Source: Amoebidium appalachense (taxonomy: Eukaryota > Protista > Ichthyosporea). From it: 64,000 nt of DNA. The position numbers and the translations under genes are program-made. Where the stretch lies: positions 14,677,143 to 14,741,142 of the forward strand of contig CAVNZM010000003.1 of NCBI GenBank assembly GCA_963693365.1. Direction: 5' to 3'. The notes under the pieces are model-generated. The model was not told where the DNA came from and did not search any database. It saw only the letters and a list, made by a program, of their open reading frames with translations. Below are positions 49,314 to 63,103 of the stretch, piece after piece. The first letter of the stretch is position 1; every line of letters starts with the position of its first letter.

Positions 49314-49808
49314 CCACCACCACCCCTACCACCACGTTACCATCGCCCCCCCCTCCCCCCCCCCCCCCCCCCACACACACAAAAAAAAAAATCGGAGAAA
49401 TGGTTTAATTAATTCCCTTAATCATGTCGAGCAGATCAAACATTGTGAAATCATCATGAGCGTACACGCAGTGTAACAATGTGTCACATATTGAAAAACC
49501 ATAAATGTACACCATTCACCTTCTTTGGTCAAACCTGATGCCCCCAAATAATTATTCATCCTAACTAGGCTGCAACTTCATTTTTGTGACGCCACATATC
49601 GATGTGTCCCAATTACAGTGTGCATAACTGTATGTATTCAATTCATCAAAATCGTAGACATCTCTGATATCAGTGTGCACCAAAGCTAATAATCTCCACC
49701 TTCCCCTCCTCCCCTCCCCCCTCCCCGAGCTCCTCCCCCTCCCCCCCCCCCCAAAAAAAGACCCAAGTAACAACCTTTTGCGCATACCGCCTAGCTAGCC
49801 AACTTACT

Positions 49809-49844
<36 letters not shown>

Positions 49845-49972
49845 CCCTCTCTCTCCCTCCCCCCCCTCTCCCCCCCCCCCCCCCCCCCCCCCCCCTTCCC
49901 CCTTGGTCCCTCGTTCCCTCTCGGTCCCCTCACTCCCCCTCCCCACCCCTATCCCCTTCGTCCCGCACGATT

Positions 49973-50333
49973 TTATTTGGACGGTTTGCATGCAGTTTTG
50001 TGGCCGGCCTTCCAATCAGCCATCTGACACTCCCTTCCGCAGTACCTGCACGTGACCAACACCATATAAGGAAAGAGTGCTGTCATAAAAGGGAACACGT
50101 GACACTACATAGTAAGATTTGTGTAAGCATAAGGTTAGAGCTAGCTTGATGTCAAATCATGAAGCAACAACTATTTAGATTTGGTCTCGAACGGGACTTC
50201 TCCCACAATCCAGACTTTCGATTAGGAGGGAGGGGGGAGGGGGGTGTGGGGGGGAGGAGAAAGGGAGAGAGAGGGAGGGAGGGGGGGAGGAGGGAGAGTG
50301 GGAGGAAGGGGAGAGAGAGGGAGAGAGAATGCC

Positions 50334-50388
<55 letters not shown>

Positions 50389-50429
50389 ACCCACGCACGC
50401 GTGACCCCGTGTGCCTTCCGAAGTTTTTT

Positions 50430-50463
<34 letters not shown>

Positions 50464-50924
50464 GTGGGGGGGAGGTTGGGCTTACTTTGCCTGCATACAG
50501 CCGGAACACCGCTTGAAGTGGTTGTCTGCCGACTCGGAGGCATTGCAGTGTGCACACAGTGCCCACTTGGTGGCCTGTGTCTGTGCCCGTAGCTGCAACA
50601 ACAACAAAGAGCAAATAAATCATTGCTATTCTGTTAGCAAATTAATTAACTAATTAAATGCACCCAGTACTATGGAAATCATGCATCGTTGCAAATGCAA
50701 ACATCGGTGGATTGGTGTGCGATCAGACTAGCCCCCCTCCCCTCCCCCCTTCCCCCCCCATCGATAGCGCTTCTCTCCCCGGCATCAGCATTTCCCTTTA
50801 GCTCGGTGAGCCGTGTTTGTGTGCTCATATGTATGACGGCACACCAACTTGAAAAGCAGCATGTGCACTTGTATGCATGCATGCACGCGCGCGTGCGCAC
50901 ACACACGTACACCGTGCAAGCGGG

Positions 50925-51017
<93 letters not shown>

Positions 51018-52602
51018 GCGCGCATACACGCATACACGCACAAAAAAACACATCATTTTCTTTTCTTACGCGTCATGATGTGTGTGCATGCATGGGAGCC
51101 CGGGGATGGGGGGGGAGGGGGGAGGGGGTGGAATAAGGAGAGAGTCCGGGGAGGGATGGAGATGGGGGGATTGGGGGGGGGGGGGGGGGGGGAGGGAGGG
51201 GGGAGGGGAGGGGGGAGGGGTGTTGCCTACCAGTGCATCACCGGCCTCTGTCCATGAAGGTAGGGTGGTATTTGGGCCTGGGCCTGCTGTTACCAATAAA
51301 GTATTAGCATATAAAATAATTAAAATATTTGCTGTCCAAAACCTTTTTTTTTTATTGTCCCCTCTTTCTTTCCATCTTCTCTCCCTGTCTCTTACTTTTT
51401 TTCACTCCTTTCTTTTGCGGGGGGATAATGGGTGTGTGTGCCCGCTTGTGGTGTATTTGCAAGTGGCTGTTCCCCCCCCCCCCCCCCCCCCAAAAAAAAA
51501 AAAAAGAAAGAAAGGGGGGGGGGGGGGGGAGGAGGTGGAGGGGGAGGAGGGGGGGAAGGGGGGGAGGGGGGAGGAGGGGTATACCAGAGCTGCGAGAAGG
51601 TCCGTGTTTGTAGCCCAACATATCCAATGTGTTTATAGCATCCACTAGCAGAGCCCTTGTAGCATTTGGTTTGCATTTTTGAAGCGCGGAAAGGTGGGGC
51701 ACAACACTCGTGCGTATGAACTGGTCCGTCCACTTTGCGCCCATGTTTGTGGGCTGGCCGAATTGCATGAGTAATGCGACCATTTTGAAAAACGTCAACG
51801 CATATGCAGCGGCTGCGCATTCTATATGAACTGGGTGTGGTTTTTCTGAGGAAAATTTGCGTAAAATCAGCGTTCCGGGGATGAGTTGTCTGGCGGCAGC
51901 ATGCATAATGGTGGGTGTTGTGGCTTCGTTCGCGGCTTTGTTGAAAGCTTGGGGGGATACACCCATCACGTTCAGTAGATGGGTTAAGACTTTGCATGCC
52001 TGCATTCCCACTTGAAGTGGGTAGGAGGAAGACATTGACTGGGTGAGCAAAGAGATTATGTTGTCGTTTGTGATCATCTTCTCTCGGCAGAAGCTGTTGC
52101 TTGCGAGGCCCGAAAGCCCATCCAAACACATGGTTTGATAGTCTGCGCACATGTCGCCATTGTTCATTTCTGTGCACAAGGACATCACATGCTTCAAAGC
52201 ACCAAAAACACCACACTCGTAGGCACCCTGCCTGTAGAGTGCATTTGCGCAAATGTCGCCCAGCCATATAATGCCCTTCCGACTGACATCATCAACATGC
52301 TCCGCCTTTAGAATCCGTTCAATCGTTTTTGTCATCTTCCCCATGGGGAATGACTTCGTTTCGTTGTTCTTTCTCTGCCGAACACCATACATGATGCGTT
52401 CGTATTCACCCATAGGGAGTAACATCAGCGCCTCGTTCATTCCCGTATAAAGCTCCTCATCTGTCCCCATCTCAGGTTTCCATCCGATGGTTTTCTTCAG
52501 ATCGTCCAATGTTTTCGACCCGTTCACGTGATGTGATTCAAGGAGGTTGGCATGTTTGGTCACCAGTTTACTGGCATTGGTGATGTTTGAGCGGCGAGTC
52601 AT
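49973..52602 (-). CDS. Helical (possibly ARM-like) protein with C-terminal MYND zinc finger; exons 52602-51585, 51283-51231, 50592-50486, 50045-49973
   Basis: The spliced end reads CAHCNASESADNHFKRCSGCMQAK|YCGRECQMADWKAGHKTAC, a canonical MYND pattern. Intron phases are consistent. Confidence 0.87.
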
Positions 52603-53286
52603 GGTGTTTCTTGTTGCGAGAGGATGCCGGTAAACATACACTTAGAGCAAGGAGACTACGTGTGTGTCACTGTAAGGGTGTACGTGTATATACGCCGAGT
52701 TTTGCGCGACATGTTTTTTTTTTTCGAGTTGTTTGTTGTGGCATGCACGGTGCGTGCCACTGCGTGGTAGCTCTGTGCGTGGTGCACTGATTGGTGCCGC
52801 TGCTGCGTGATGCAGGCTACACCAATCGTTTGTGGTTTTTGGAATAGTCATATATGGATATTCGTCGATGTTTTCGATTAGCTACAATTTCCCGCCAAAA
52901 GCCCCGCCGGCGGCGCTTGGGCAATGGCTCGGCCGCGGCTCTGTTGGCTCGGCCAGCTGGCTCTGTTGGCCACGATCAGCGGCCGGAACTTCTGTGACGC
53001 GTTCGGTGTATGTAGTGTGATTGGTAGACAGGGCAGGCTCGAAAGTTTCGGAGAGCCTCTGGGCTGGCATTTGCATCCTTTCCTAGGAACATTTAGAAAT
53101 GTTCTTGATGTACAGTATTGCACGCATGCACATGTTGCAAGCGAGTTTGAGTTCTGGCAAGAAACCCGTACTATATACAAATATCCGGCCAGCTGCAACT
53201 GCGCCTACTAATCGTTTCAAGGCTTGTCCCCTTGGCTAACTTACCCGGTGCAGAATTTTATGTGATCATCCTCCGAGAGCCTCCAT

Positions 53287-53327
<41 letters not shown>

Positions 53328-54676
53328 TTTCCGGCTCCCCAACGTTCAAACGTTCACCCTTCCCCTCCCTCCCCCGGCCCCCCCCCCCCCCCCCCCCCCC
53401 CCTCCCCCCCCCCCTCTCCCCCCCCCCCCCCCCCCTCCCCCCCCCCCCCCCCCCTCCCGGGAATCCGATTCGAAAATTTATTTTTTTTGCCCCAGTACAA
53501 TAACAAAAAACCTGTTTTTATAGACCTCAGCGCGCTGACGTCATCGGGGTTTTGAATAGCTAAGCGCACCGATCGATAGCTCAGCTATCCATATGTTTCG
53601 CAGAGAGAAAACGTACAAAAGATATCTTCGCTGCCAGTTTTTTTTTTTTTTTGGCAAAAGCGTAGTCTTTTCTACATAAAACGCAAGCAAACTCATAGGT
53701 GCATAAATCTTGTGTTTCTGTTTATTTTTTTTTTTGTATCCTTGACCGCTTTGGCCCAATGTAGCTAGGTAACGGTTGACACCACGCAGGAACACAGGAC
53801 TTTCAATTGCACACTCGTAAACGATTACTCCTCTCTGCCAGCCCCGCCTTCTTTCTTTTTCGCAAGTAGAATCCTCCCGACCAGCTGTTTCTAAGCTTCA
53901 ACAGCGGCCTTTCTTACTCTGCGTTTTTTTTTTTTTTTTTTCTCTCTCTTTGGGCCCTCTTTCTCCCTCGGTTCTCCCTAGGCCCCGTCTCTCTCTCTCT
54001 CCTTCCCTCTTGTTTCCTTGTCCTACCTACGTGTAGGGAAACAGGAAGGTTATGTCTCTGTTTTATTTTGTTAGGGACAGAGGGGAAGGAGCTGAAGAGG
54101 CACGTGCAAGGCCAACTTCAACACTGCCATCTTGGTCGAGATGGCCGTGGTGCATAGTCGAGAATTCGAAGGGGCATAGCCTGGGCCCTTAGACTAGTGT
54201 GGAATTCCCCCAATGTTTCCTGATACTCGAGTGTTGAACGATCGGTATCGAGAAACAGTATGGTGCAGGAGAGGCAAAAGGAAGCAGGCGAGTGGGTGTG
54301 TGTCCGGGAAGGGGTATGGGGAGGGGGAGGGGAGAGGGGGGAGGTGTGTGTGCGCGGGGGGGGAGGGGGAGGGGGGAGGGGGGGGGAAGAGAACTAGGGA
54401 AACGAGAACCAGAGTTGGAATAGAGGAAAGGAGAAAGCAGGAAGAAAGCTCTCAATCTATAAGGACAGACTAGAGCCTCTTGTGTGTGTTTGTTGTGACA
54501 GTGACAGAAACGATATAAGTAAGAGTGAAAAAAGGACAAAGGAATCGCAGGGAGGGAAAGGCTATAGGACTATAGGGAGGCCCTTGGGATGAGGGGATGT
54601 TGACACGGAGACCCAAAAGAAAGTCCCTGGCGGCTGCCTAGGGATTGGGACGAGCAGAGCACCCACACACACGTGC

Positions 54677-54742
<66 letters not shown>

Positions 54743-55038
54743 TGCGCACAGACACACACGCGCACCTAGGCACACTGCAAACAGCAAGGTCCAACGTCAC
54801 AGCTCTCTCTCTCCCCCCTCCCCTCTCTCTCTCCTAGAGTCTCTCTCTTTCTCTCTCTCTCTCCCTTTCTGTGTGTGTGTGTTTCTGTGTGTGTCTGTGT
54901 GTGTGTCTTTGTGTGTGTGTGATTGTGTGTGTGTGTGCACGGTGTGGGAGTATGCACCCTCAGTGTGTGTGATACACGCACGCGACGAGAGTACACGAAG
55001 AAAGCTAACGAACACCGACCTGGAGGGGTGTGTGTGTA

Positions 55039-55079
<41 letters not shown>

Positions 55080-55228
55080 GGGCGAAGGGGGGGTTGACGT
55101 GGGAGGATCTAGAGAACCCTGCACGGTGAACAGGTCTGAACTTTAATCGATAAGCCATATCAGAGAGCAGAGCTCGAGGGAGAATTAAGTAACAGCAGAA
55201 AAGGAAGAAAGAAGGAGAACGCCTCGAG

Positions 55229-55294
<66 letters not shown>

Positions 55295-56388
55295 GGGGGG
55301 GGGGGGGGGGAGAGAGAGAGAGAGAGAGAGTGTGTGTGTGTGTGTGTGAGCGAGAGGGGGTCTCGCAACAGGGGGAAGGGGGAGACACTGGCGGCGGGTG
55401 AGGGGCGGGGGGGGGGGGGGTGGTGGTGGTGGTGGTGGTGGGGGGGAGGGATGGGGGGGGGGGGGGGGGGGGGGGTGTACACCGCGTCAGGGGAGAATGG
55501 TGCCGGGGCAGGGACTTAGATCTATAACTAAGAGGGCGAAGCCGGACACCGAGAGGATGACAAACGCAGAGTACTGAGCAAAGTGTTCTATTTCCATTGC
55601 TTCTATTAACGACACGAAAACTATAGAATAGGTTGTATCTTACACGTTAGAACATGTTGCCATCATCAATGATCGAGTCATTCGGCCGACTTAGAGACTC
55701 CATAGGTGTACACTACCTATAGATCATAGTAATCGGTAGCAGTGCACTGTAAAAAGAAAACACGACTGTCAGGCGCTTCCATTCGCTCTCTGTTGAGAGT
55801 GCGAGGAACGAGTGCCACCGTTGTATGTACAAGCTCGGGATCCTCCGGCGCTCTCATATATACGAGTAGTGACAGAAGTTGTGAGTCGCTCGAGAAGCTA
55901 GCTTAGCTATTCGATTTTCAAGCGGCCGATCAGTCAATTAGAGGCGCGCTGAGGTCTATTAGTTGAACATGACGTACACGCATGCATGTTAACATGTTGT
56001 GTACACGGTCAATTAACCCCGGTGTGCTAAAAGCACGGGCCACTTGTTGGTATTACGCAATCTTTATTACTAAAATTTAAAGTCAATCTTAGTGTTTGGG
56101 CTTAATGATCCCATAGAGTCTAGATCTGTCCCGACACGTGCGCACATGCACGCCCTGCTATCATTAGGATAATTATACACCACCAAATAAATACACCATA
56201 TTAATAACCTTAAATGCTCCTTGTAACAAAAGGTTTTCTAGGTAACCATAAGCTACTTTTCAGTCAGAAGAAACGTTCTTAATACTTTACATGCCACTGT
56301 TGTGGTTAAACCGACGATTCCAAAAGTTCTGCCTATAGCAGACACATTGAACATCAGTTAATTTTTTTTTTCCTTTTTTCCTTTTTCC

Positions 56389-56459
<71 letters not shown>

Positions 56460-56722
56460 AGCGAGACAAAAAAAAAAAAAAAAAAAGGTGCGGTGTGCAT
56501 GACCAGGTGGAATGAAGTAGAAATAAAGGGGAGAAAAAGAAGCCATATACCTTTATACACTACCCGAACTAATACATTTATATGAAATAGTAATAATATA
56601 TTAGCCCAACCATTTTCCATAGTACAGGCACGATTTCTGCACCTATATTTATGTGCAGTCTCAGGTTAGATGAAGGAACACATGCATTTTGAACCAATAG
56701 GCGCACACCATCATGAACCATA

Positions 56723-57418
56723 CTAGGAAGCAGAAGCAGGGGCAGCGGTGAGACAATACTCGATCTCGGCCATACCGCGGCTGACGCTATTTTTAGAAAG
56801 CACCCCTGAAAACACGTGACTTGTACCCAATGGGAGAGCCATGGCGGGAGCCAATGGGAGGGCACACATTGCAAATGTGCCCTGCTTATTTTGGAATTCG
56901 TAGTGGAGGCCCACCTCGACGTGACGTGATTGGAGATAGATCAGGTCTGGAATGCAGATTGGCATGTCCATGCTCTCTTCTGGAGCCTTCCATTCGAACT
57001 TGGCGTGCGTGTCGATCTCAGTTACCTCCTGTAGTTATAGATTTCGTTGTCAGGTTTTCATATGTATATATATATATGTACATATGGGGGGGGGGGGGGG
57101 GGGGGGGGGGGTTGAATGCGTCAATAAATACGAAGTACACAAGAACAAACGGATAACACGATGCAGAATGCAAGCCATACATAAAGAGTATGCATAATAA
57201 GCAGAGCCCATCCTCAGGGGGGGCCCACGTCATCCACAGTACCCGAGTTTCGGCCTATTCCCCTCGTTAACGAAACCCAACTCAGATACTGTTTCACTTG
57301 AACATGAGTAGGTCACCCGTCTTGATCAGAGACGAGCAGGGTTGCTTATGCAGGCAAGGGCAGTGGGAAAGGCCGGGGGTTAAAGTTGCAGCAGTAAGCA
57401 GAAGCAAGAAAAATATAT

Positions 57419-57490
<72 letters not shown>

Positions 57491-57644
57491 TGTGCATGTG
57501 ATAGAGGTAGTTGTGTGGTGGCAATGTGGTAATCGTGTGTATGTGTGCGCAGAGGGGGGGGGGGGGGGGGGGTTAGAAAACAAAAAGGAAGAAAGACAAT
57601 GTTGCATGCGCGGGGTCCCGAGCTGGAGGGGGGAGAGGGCGAGG

Positions 57645-57683
<39 letters not shown>

Positions 57684-58511
57684 GGGGGTTAGCCAGCAAT
57701 CAACCTGCCTACACGCACACACAAACAGTAATGCCACACACATCATCCCCCCCCTCTGCCCCCCTCCCCCTCCTCTCTCTCTTCTCCCCCACCCCTTCCT
57801 TCCTTTCCACACAAAACCCCCCTCCCTCCCTCCCTCCCACCCTCTCTCTCTCTCTCTCTCCACCCCACCAACCAAAAACAAAAGCCTCGATTACTCGTCT
57901 CCAAAGAGTACTTCAAGTAAGTAATAATAGAAATCGTAACATTAAAACTACTAACAATAAAAACAACTATAACACCGCCACCACCACCACCACCAAGAAC
58001 AACACCAAGAACAACAACAGTAAAAACAACAATAACATCACCAATAATAACCAATGCCCACGTACCTTCATAGCCGTCATTCTCTTTTGACCCACACACG
58101 ACCCCGTCAGCTCCACACACAGTTTGATGGATCCCGCTGCTTCTGTAAACGTGAACGTCTGTTTGTCCAAAGCCTTGGAGAGGTCCTTTTTGCTCTGTGT
58201 GTACAGGGGGGGGGGGGGGGGGGGAGAGGGGGAGGGGTGCAAGTTTGAATGTGTTATTGAGTGTGAAGTATACATTCATGACGGGGCAATACCGTGCAGA
58301 GTGCAAGGACAAAAGAACACATAAAGAGTGCATCATAAGCAGCGCCCATTCTCGGGAAGGAGGGGGATGGGGGGGGGGGGGGAGGGCAAAGTCCCCCACA
58401 GTACCCGAGCTTCGACCCGTTCACCTCGTCAACAAAACCTCCTACTGAGCTTTGGTGGGGGGGCACAAACCTACCTACCCACCCACCTCCAAACCCACAC
58501 AACCAAGCACC

Positions 58512-58598
<87 letters not shown>

Positions 58599-59480
58599 AC
58601 CCACACATACACCCACACATACACACACACACATACGCGCACGCATGCACCCATCTGCCCACCAGACTTTCGCGCGTGCACACGTGCGCACACACACACA
58701 CACACGTGTGCGCACGCGCGCGCGCACACACACACACCCAAGCACCCAGCCACCCAAGCACCTACTCCCCCCCTCCCCCCCCAAACACACACACACACAC
58801 TCTCACCCTCCTACCCACCTACAAACCCACTCCCCCCGCCCCCCTCCTTCTCCCTCCCCCCCCACATACCCCCCCCCCCAAACACCCGCACGTACCCACC
58901 CACATCAACACCCATACACACGTACACGCACGCACACAAACACTCGTACCCCCGTGTTCTCCAACGGCTTTGCCTTTTTCAGCTCTGCGGCCATGGCAAT
59001 CAGTTGGTCTTCCTTGTCCATCAGTGAGAGCTCCTGTGGGTCCAAAAATAGTTCATGAGCGCTATTATTAGCTCCTGTGGGCCCAGAAATAGATCATGAG
59101 CGCTATTGTTAGAGTGGAGTAGATTTCATGGGTTTTATGGACATAGAATCACGGGTGTATCATAGAACGATTTTTTTTTGGTGGGGGGGGGGGGGGGGGG
59201 GGGGGGGCTGAAATCAACAAGATATATTGTTTAAGAAGACAAAAATAAAATGATGCAAGAGCGGGGAAAAAAATAATAATAATGCAAGAAAGAAACAAGG
59301 AGCAAATACAGGGTATACTACACATACTGAGCACGTCACCCAAAGGTGCACCCCGAATGATTGGTGGTGGTGGTGGTGGTGGTGGTGGGGGGGGGGGGGG
59401 GGGGGGGGGGGCATGAGGATGTGTGCTTCATGGCCGGGTACATATACAAAACTTGAGTGTTTGCATCTTTTTTTTTTTTT

Positions 59481-59511
<31 letters not shown>

Positions 59512-60234
59512 GGGGTTTGAATGCGGAAAACGGTACGAAGTACGCATACACGACGAGAAGCATGGTGCAGGACACATGCAAAGGCAAACATTCAAGTATG
59601 CAACATCAGCCATGTGCACAGTATGCGTCATAAGCAGAGCCCATCCTCAGGGAGGACCCAAGTCATCAATTGCGTCTGAGTTTCGACCCCTTAGCCCGCG
59701 TATATACGACGCTCCAACTCAGACAGCAGCATCAACTGACCTTGGGCGGGTCAACCCGTCTTGATCAAAGACGAGCAGGGTTGCTTATGCAAGCAATGTG
59801 AGCAAAACGGTGCAGATGTGTGTGCAAACTAATGCAGTGCAGCGAAAAATGCGTATGTGCTTACAGATGCACGACACAGAGCAACCATGCCCGGTTGCAT
59901 GGAAGTAAAGCGGTCTCCACACAGTGGGGGGGGGGGGGGGGGGGGGGGGGTAGGTCATTGTTGCACGAGGTGCAATGGTCATTGATTTAGCCGTGTCCGT
60001 GTGGATTTTGGTGTGCATCTGACGGTGCCTGTGCATGTATGTGCAGGTGAGTGTGTCTCCGTCCGTATGTGTGTGTTTGTGAGTGAGTGAGTGTGTGTGT
60101 GTGTTTGTACGTATGGGTTGGAGGGCGCGGCGGGGGGGGGGGGGGGGATACCTTTGTGATCAAGCTAATCTCTTTATCGAAGAACTCGATATCTTTGGGG
60201 GTCAGATCCGATACAGCTTCGTCGCCTGAAGCTG

Positions 60235-60289
<55 letters not shown>

Positions 60290-60889
60290 TGAGTGAGTGA
60301 GTGTGTGTTTCCCTGAGTTTCCCCACGTCCATGACAACACAACCAATTAGAGATCGACGATCATACAAGGCAGTGATATCACCATCATATAAAAAATCCG
60401 TAATCGGCATCTGGAAAAACCCTTACAAATCATATTCATTGCAACTGTCAGAATCATAGAATAAGGTTCAAGGAACGCGGATCTTACTCTCAAATTTTCA
60501 AATTGTGTTCAAAAACATCCCTTATGAACAAAGCAAGGCAGCAAATCGTGTCATCCAATGAGAACACACGGTTGAAACATTTGACTTTTAAACCGTTTTC
60601 CACCTTTGGGTTTGCAGAGTTCACATATCCCAGTTTAGCTCCAACCAATGAACAAAGTGGGGGAGAAACATGTGTCCTCCAATGAGCACGCACCGTGAAA
60701 ATCTTAATCCTTGATACAAATTAATTTTTAATACCTTTTGCCACCTTTTCCTTTGCAGCGTTCAGAGCCTCCAGTCTGTTTGTGAGTTCCAGTCTGTCTC
60801 CATCCATCACTCGGCGACTGTTGGACAAGACATTTGCCATGGCGTTCTGTGTGTGAGTGTGTGTGAGTGTGAGTGTGTGAGTGTGTGTG

Positions 60890-60931
<42 letters not shown>

Positions 60932-61032
60932 TATGTGTGTGTGTGTGTGTGCACGCGCATCTGTGTCGATTCGAGTGTGAATGTGTGCGAGTGAGTGAGC
61001 TATTGAGTCAGAGTGAGCGAGGGGAGGAGTGT

Positions 61033-61063
<31 letters not shown>

Positions 61064-61610
61064 GCAAAACGAAATATAAAGCTACAACAAAAGCTACAAC
61101 TATGGCATACAGATACAGTGGAAAAGAAAAGAGGAGAAAAAAAAGAAAGGAAAGACACAGTAGGGGGCCTTGCGCGCTGGGGGGCGAAGATGGTGGGGGG
61201 GGGGGGGGATCGGAAGGGAAATCGAAAAGTCAAACCAAATATACATGCCAGAACAAGAAGGGCACACGCAGGGGAAGAGGGGAGGGGTGGACGGGAGGGA
61301 TGGCTCGGGGAAAGGGGGGGAAATGTGGAGACGAGACGGGATGGGGGGGTAGGGACGTGATGGGGGGGAAGCAGGGAGTCGGGGAGGGGTATAAAAGAAA
61401 GGGTGGGAATCAGAGCACGGGGGCGAAGGAGGGGGAAGGGAGGGAGGGTGGGTGAGAGGGGGGAGCGCGAGGAACGGGGGGGGAGGGGGGGGGGGGGGGG
61501 GGGGCAGTGCCTTATCAGTAACGTTCATGACAAAAGTGATGCGATTGATTGCAAGATGAAGTTGGGTGCCCGGGGGAATCTGAAGTGCCGTGGGTACCTG
61601 GGGCACAAGG

Positions 61611-61681
<71 letters not shown>

Positions 61682-62297
61682 CAAGGATGGGTTGGGGGGG
61701 AAAGGGGGGGAGAAGGGACGGCGGAAGCCAGAAATAAAGGGACGGGGGGGGGGGGGGGGGGGGGGGGGGGGAGGGAGAGAGGGAGATAGAGAGAGGCAGG
61801 GGAGATTGAGGCGTGGGGGAGAGGGGGAGTCTGAGGGAGAGAGAGAGGGGGGGGGGGGGGGGAGAAGGGGGTGCAGAGGGAATGAAAGGGAGAGAGAGGG
61901 GGGAGAGAGGGAGAGGAGGGGGGAAGAAGGGAGGAGGAGGACGGGGCAGGGGGGGGGGGGGGGGGGGAAAGGGAGGGAGGGGGAAACCAGGGGCGTATTG
62001 AGGGAAGGGGGGAGGGAGGGAGGGAGGAAAGGAGGGAGGAAGGGAGGATCGGGGGCAGGGAAGAGAGGGAGGCGAGGATAAGTGTGATCGAGTGTGTGTG
62101 CCCGTGTGTGTGTGGGTGAGTGGGTGGGTGGGTGGGGGGGGGGGGGGGGGGGGGGGGGGGTTAGGGAGAGGGGGGAGAGAGAGGAGGAGGATATGCATGT
62201 GTCCGTGTCGTGTCCGTGTAAGTGTGTGTGTGTGGGCGAGTGTGAGTGGAGGTTAGAATGTTTGATTTAGTTGTCAAGGGTAACCATTGGTGTTGGG

Positions 62298-62340
<43 letters not shown>

Positions 62341-62882
62341 TGTGTGTGTGGTGTGTGTGCGTGTGTGCACGCGCGCCTGTGTGTAAAAAACACGTGCGTG
62401 CGTGTGTGCTTGCATGCATGTGTGCGTCTGTGTGCGTCTGTGTGTGTGCGTGTGTGTGTTGGGCGGGGTGACGTAGGCATAAATTATTATATAGGTGGTT
62501 GATAAACTTGGGACTCAAGGCACAAAGCAATGCTAATCAAGTACACCAACGAGAAACTAACCAAAACAAAAAAAAGGGGGGGGGGGGGGGGGGGGGGGGG
62601 AAGGGAAAGTAATACTCAAGGTTGAATGAAGCAAAAACGGGTTTGTGGTCACTTGTGGTGAATTCCTCCATGCTGTCATATGCCAACTGCTTGACTCGGT
62701 GGGCTACACCAGGGAGGGAGTGCCACACAACACGGTCACAGTAGGCTGGGATGCGCTGTGATTGTATCGAGGTAAGTGTGGTTATCGAGTTATGTGTGTT
62801 GTGTGGTTGTGATTATGGTATTTGGTTTTGTCGGTTGAATTGGTTTGTTGCTGTCGCCAAATACATTGTTGTTGTGGTCATA

Positions 62883-62949
<67 letters not shown>

Positions 62950-63067
62950 ACGGGGGTGCATGCTGGTGAGTAGTGCATAGTGGATCCGTGTATGTGGGCA
63001 TACCTTCAAACTGTGATGATTGCTGTGAGAGCGTGCGCGCGCGCATGTGTGGTGGTGGTGGTGGTGT

Positions 63068-63103
<36 letters not shown>

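Noticed and set aside
51352-51584. C-terminal end of the 429-aa ORF as a single-exon gene
   Set aside because: A donor at 51584 and three in-phase downstream exons that complete a MYND finger explain the locus better.
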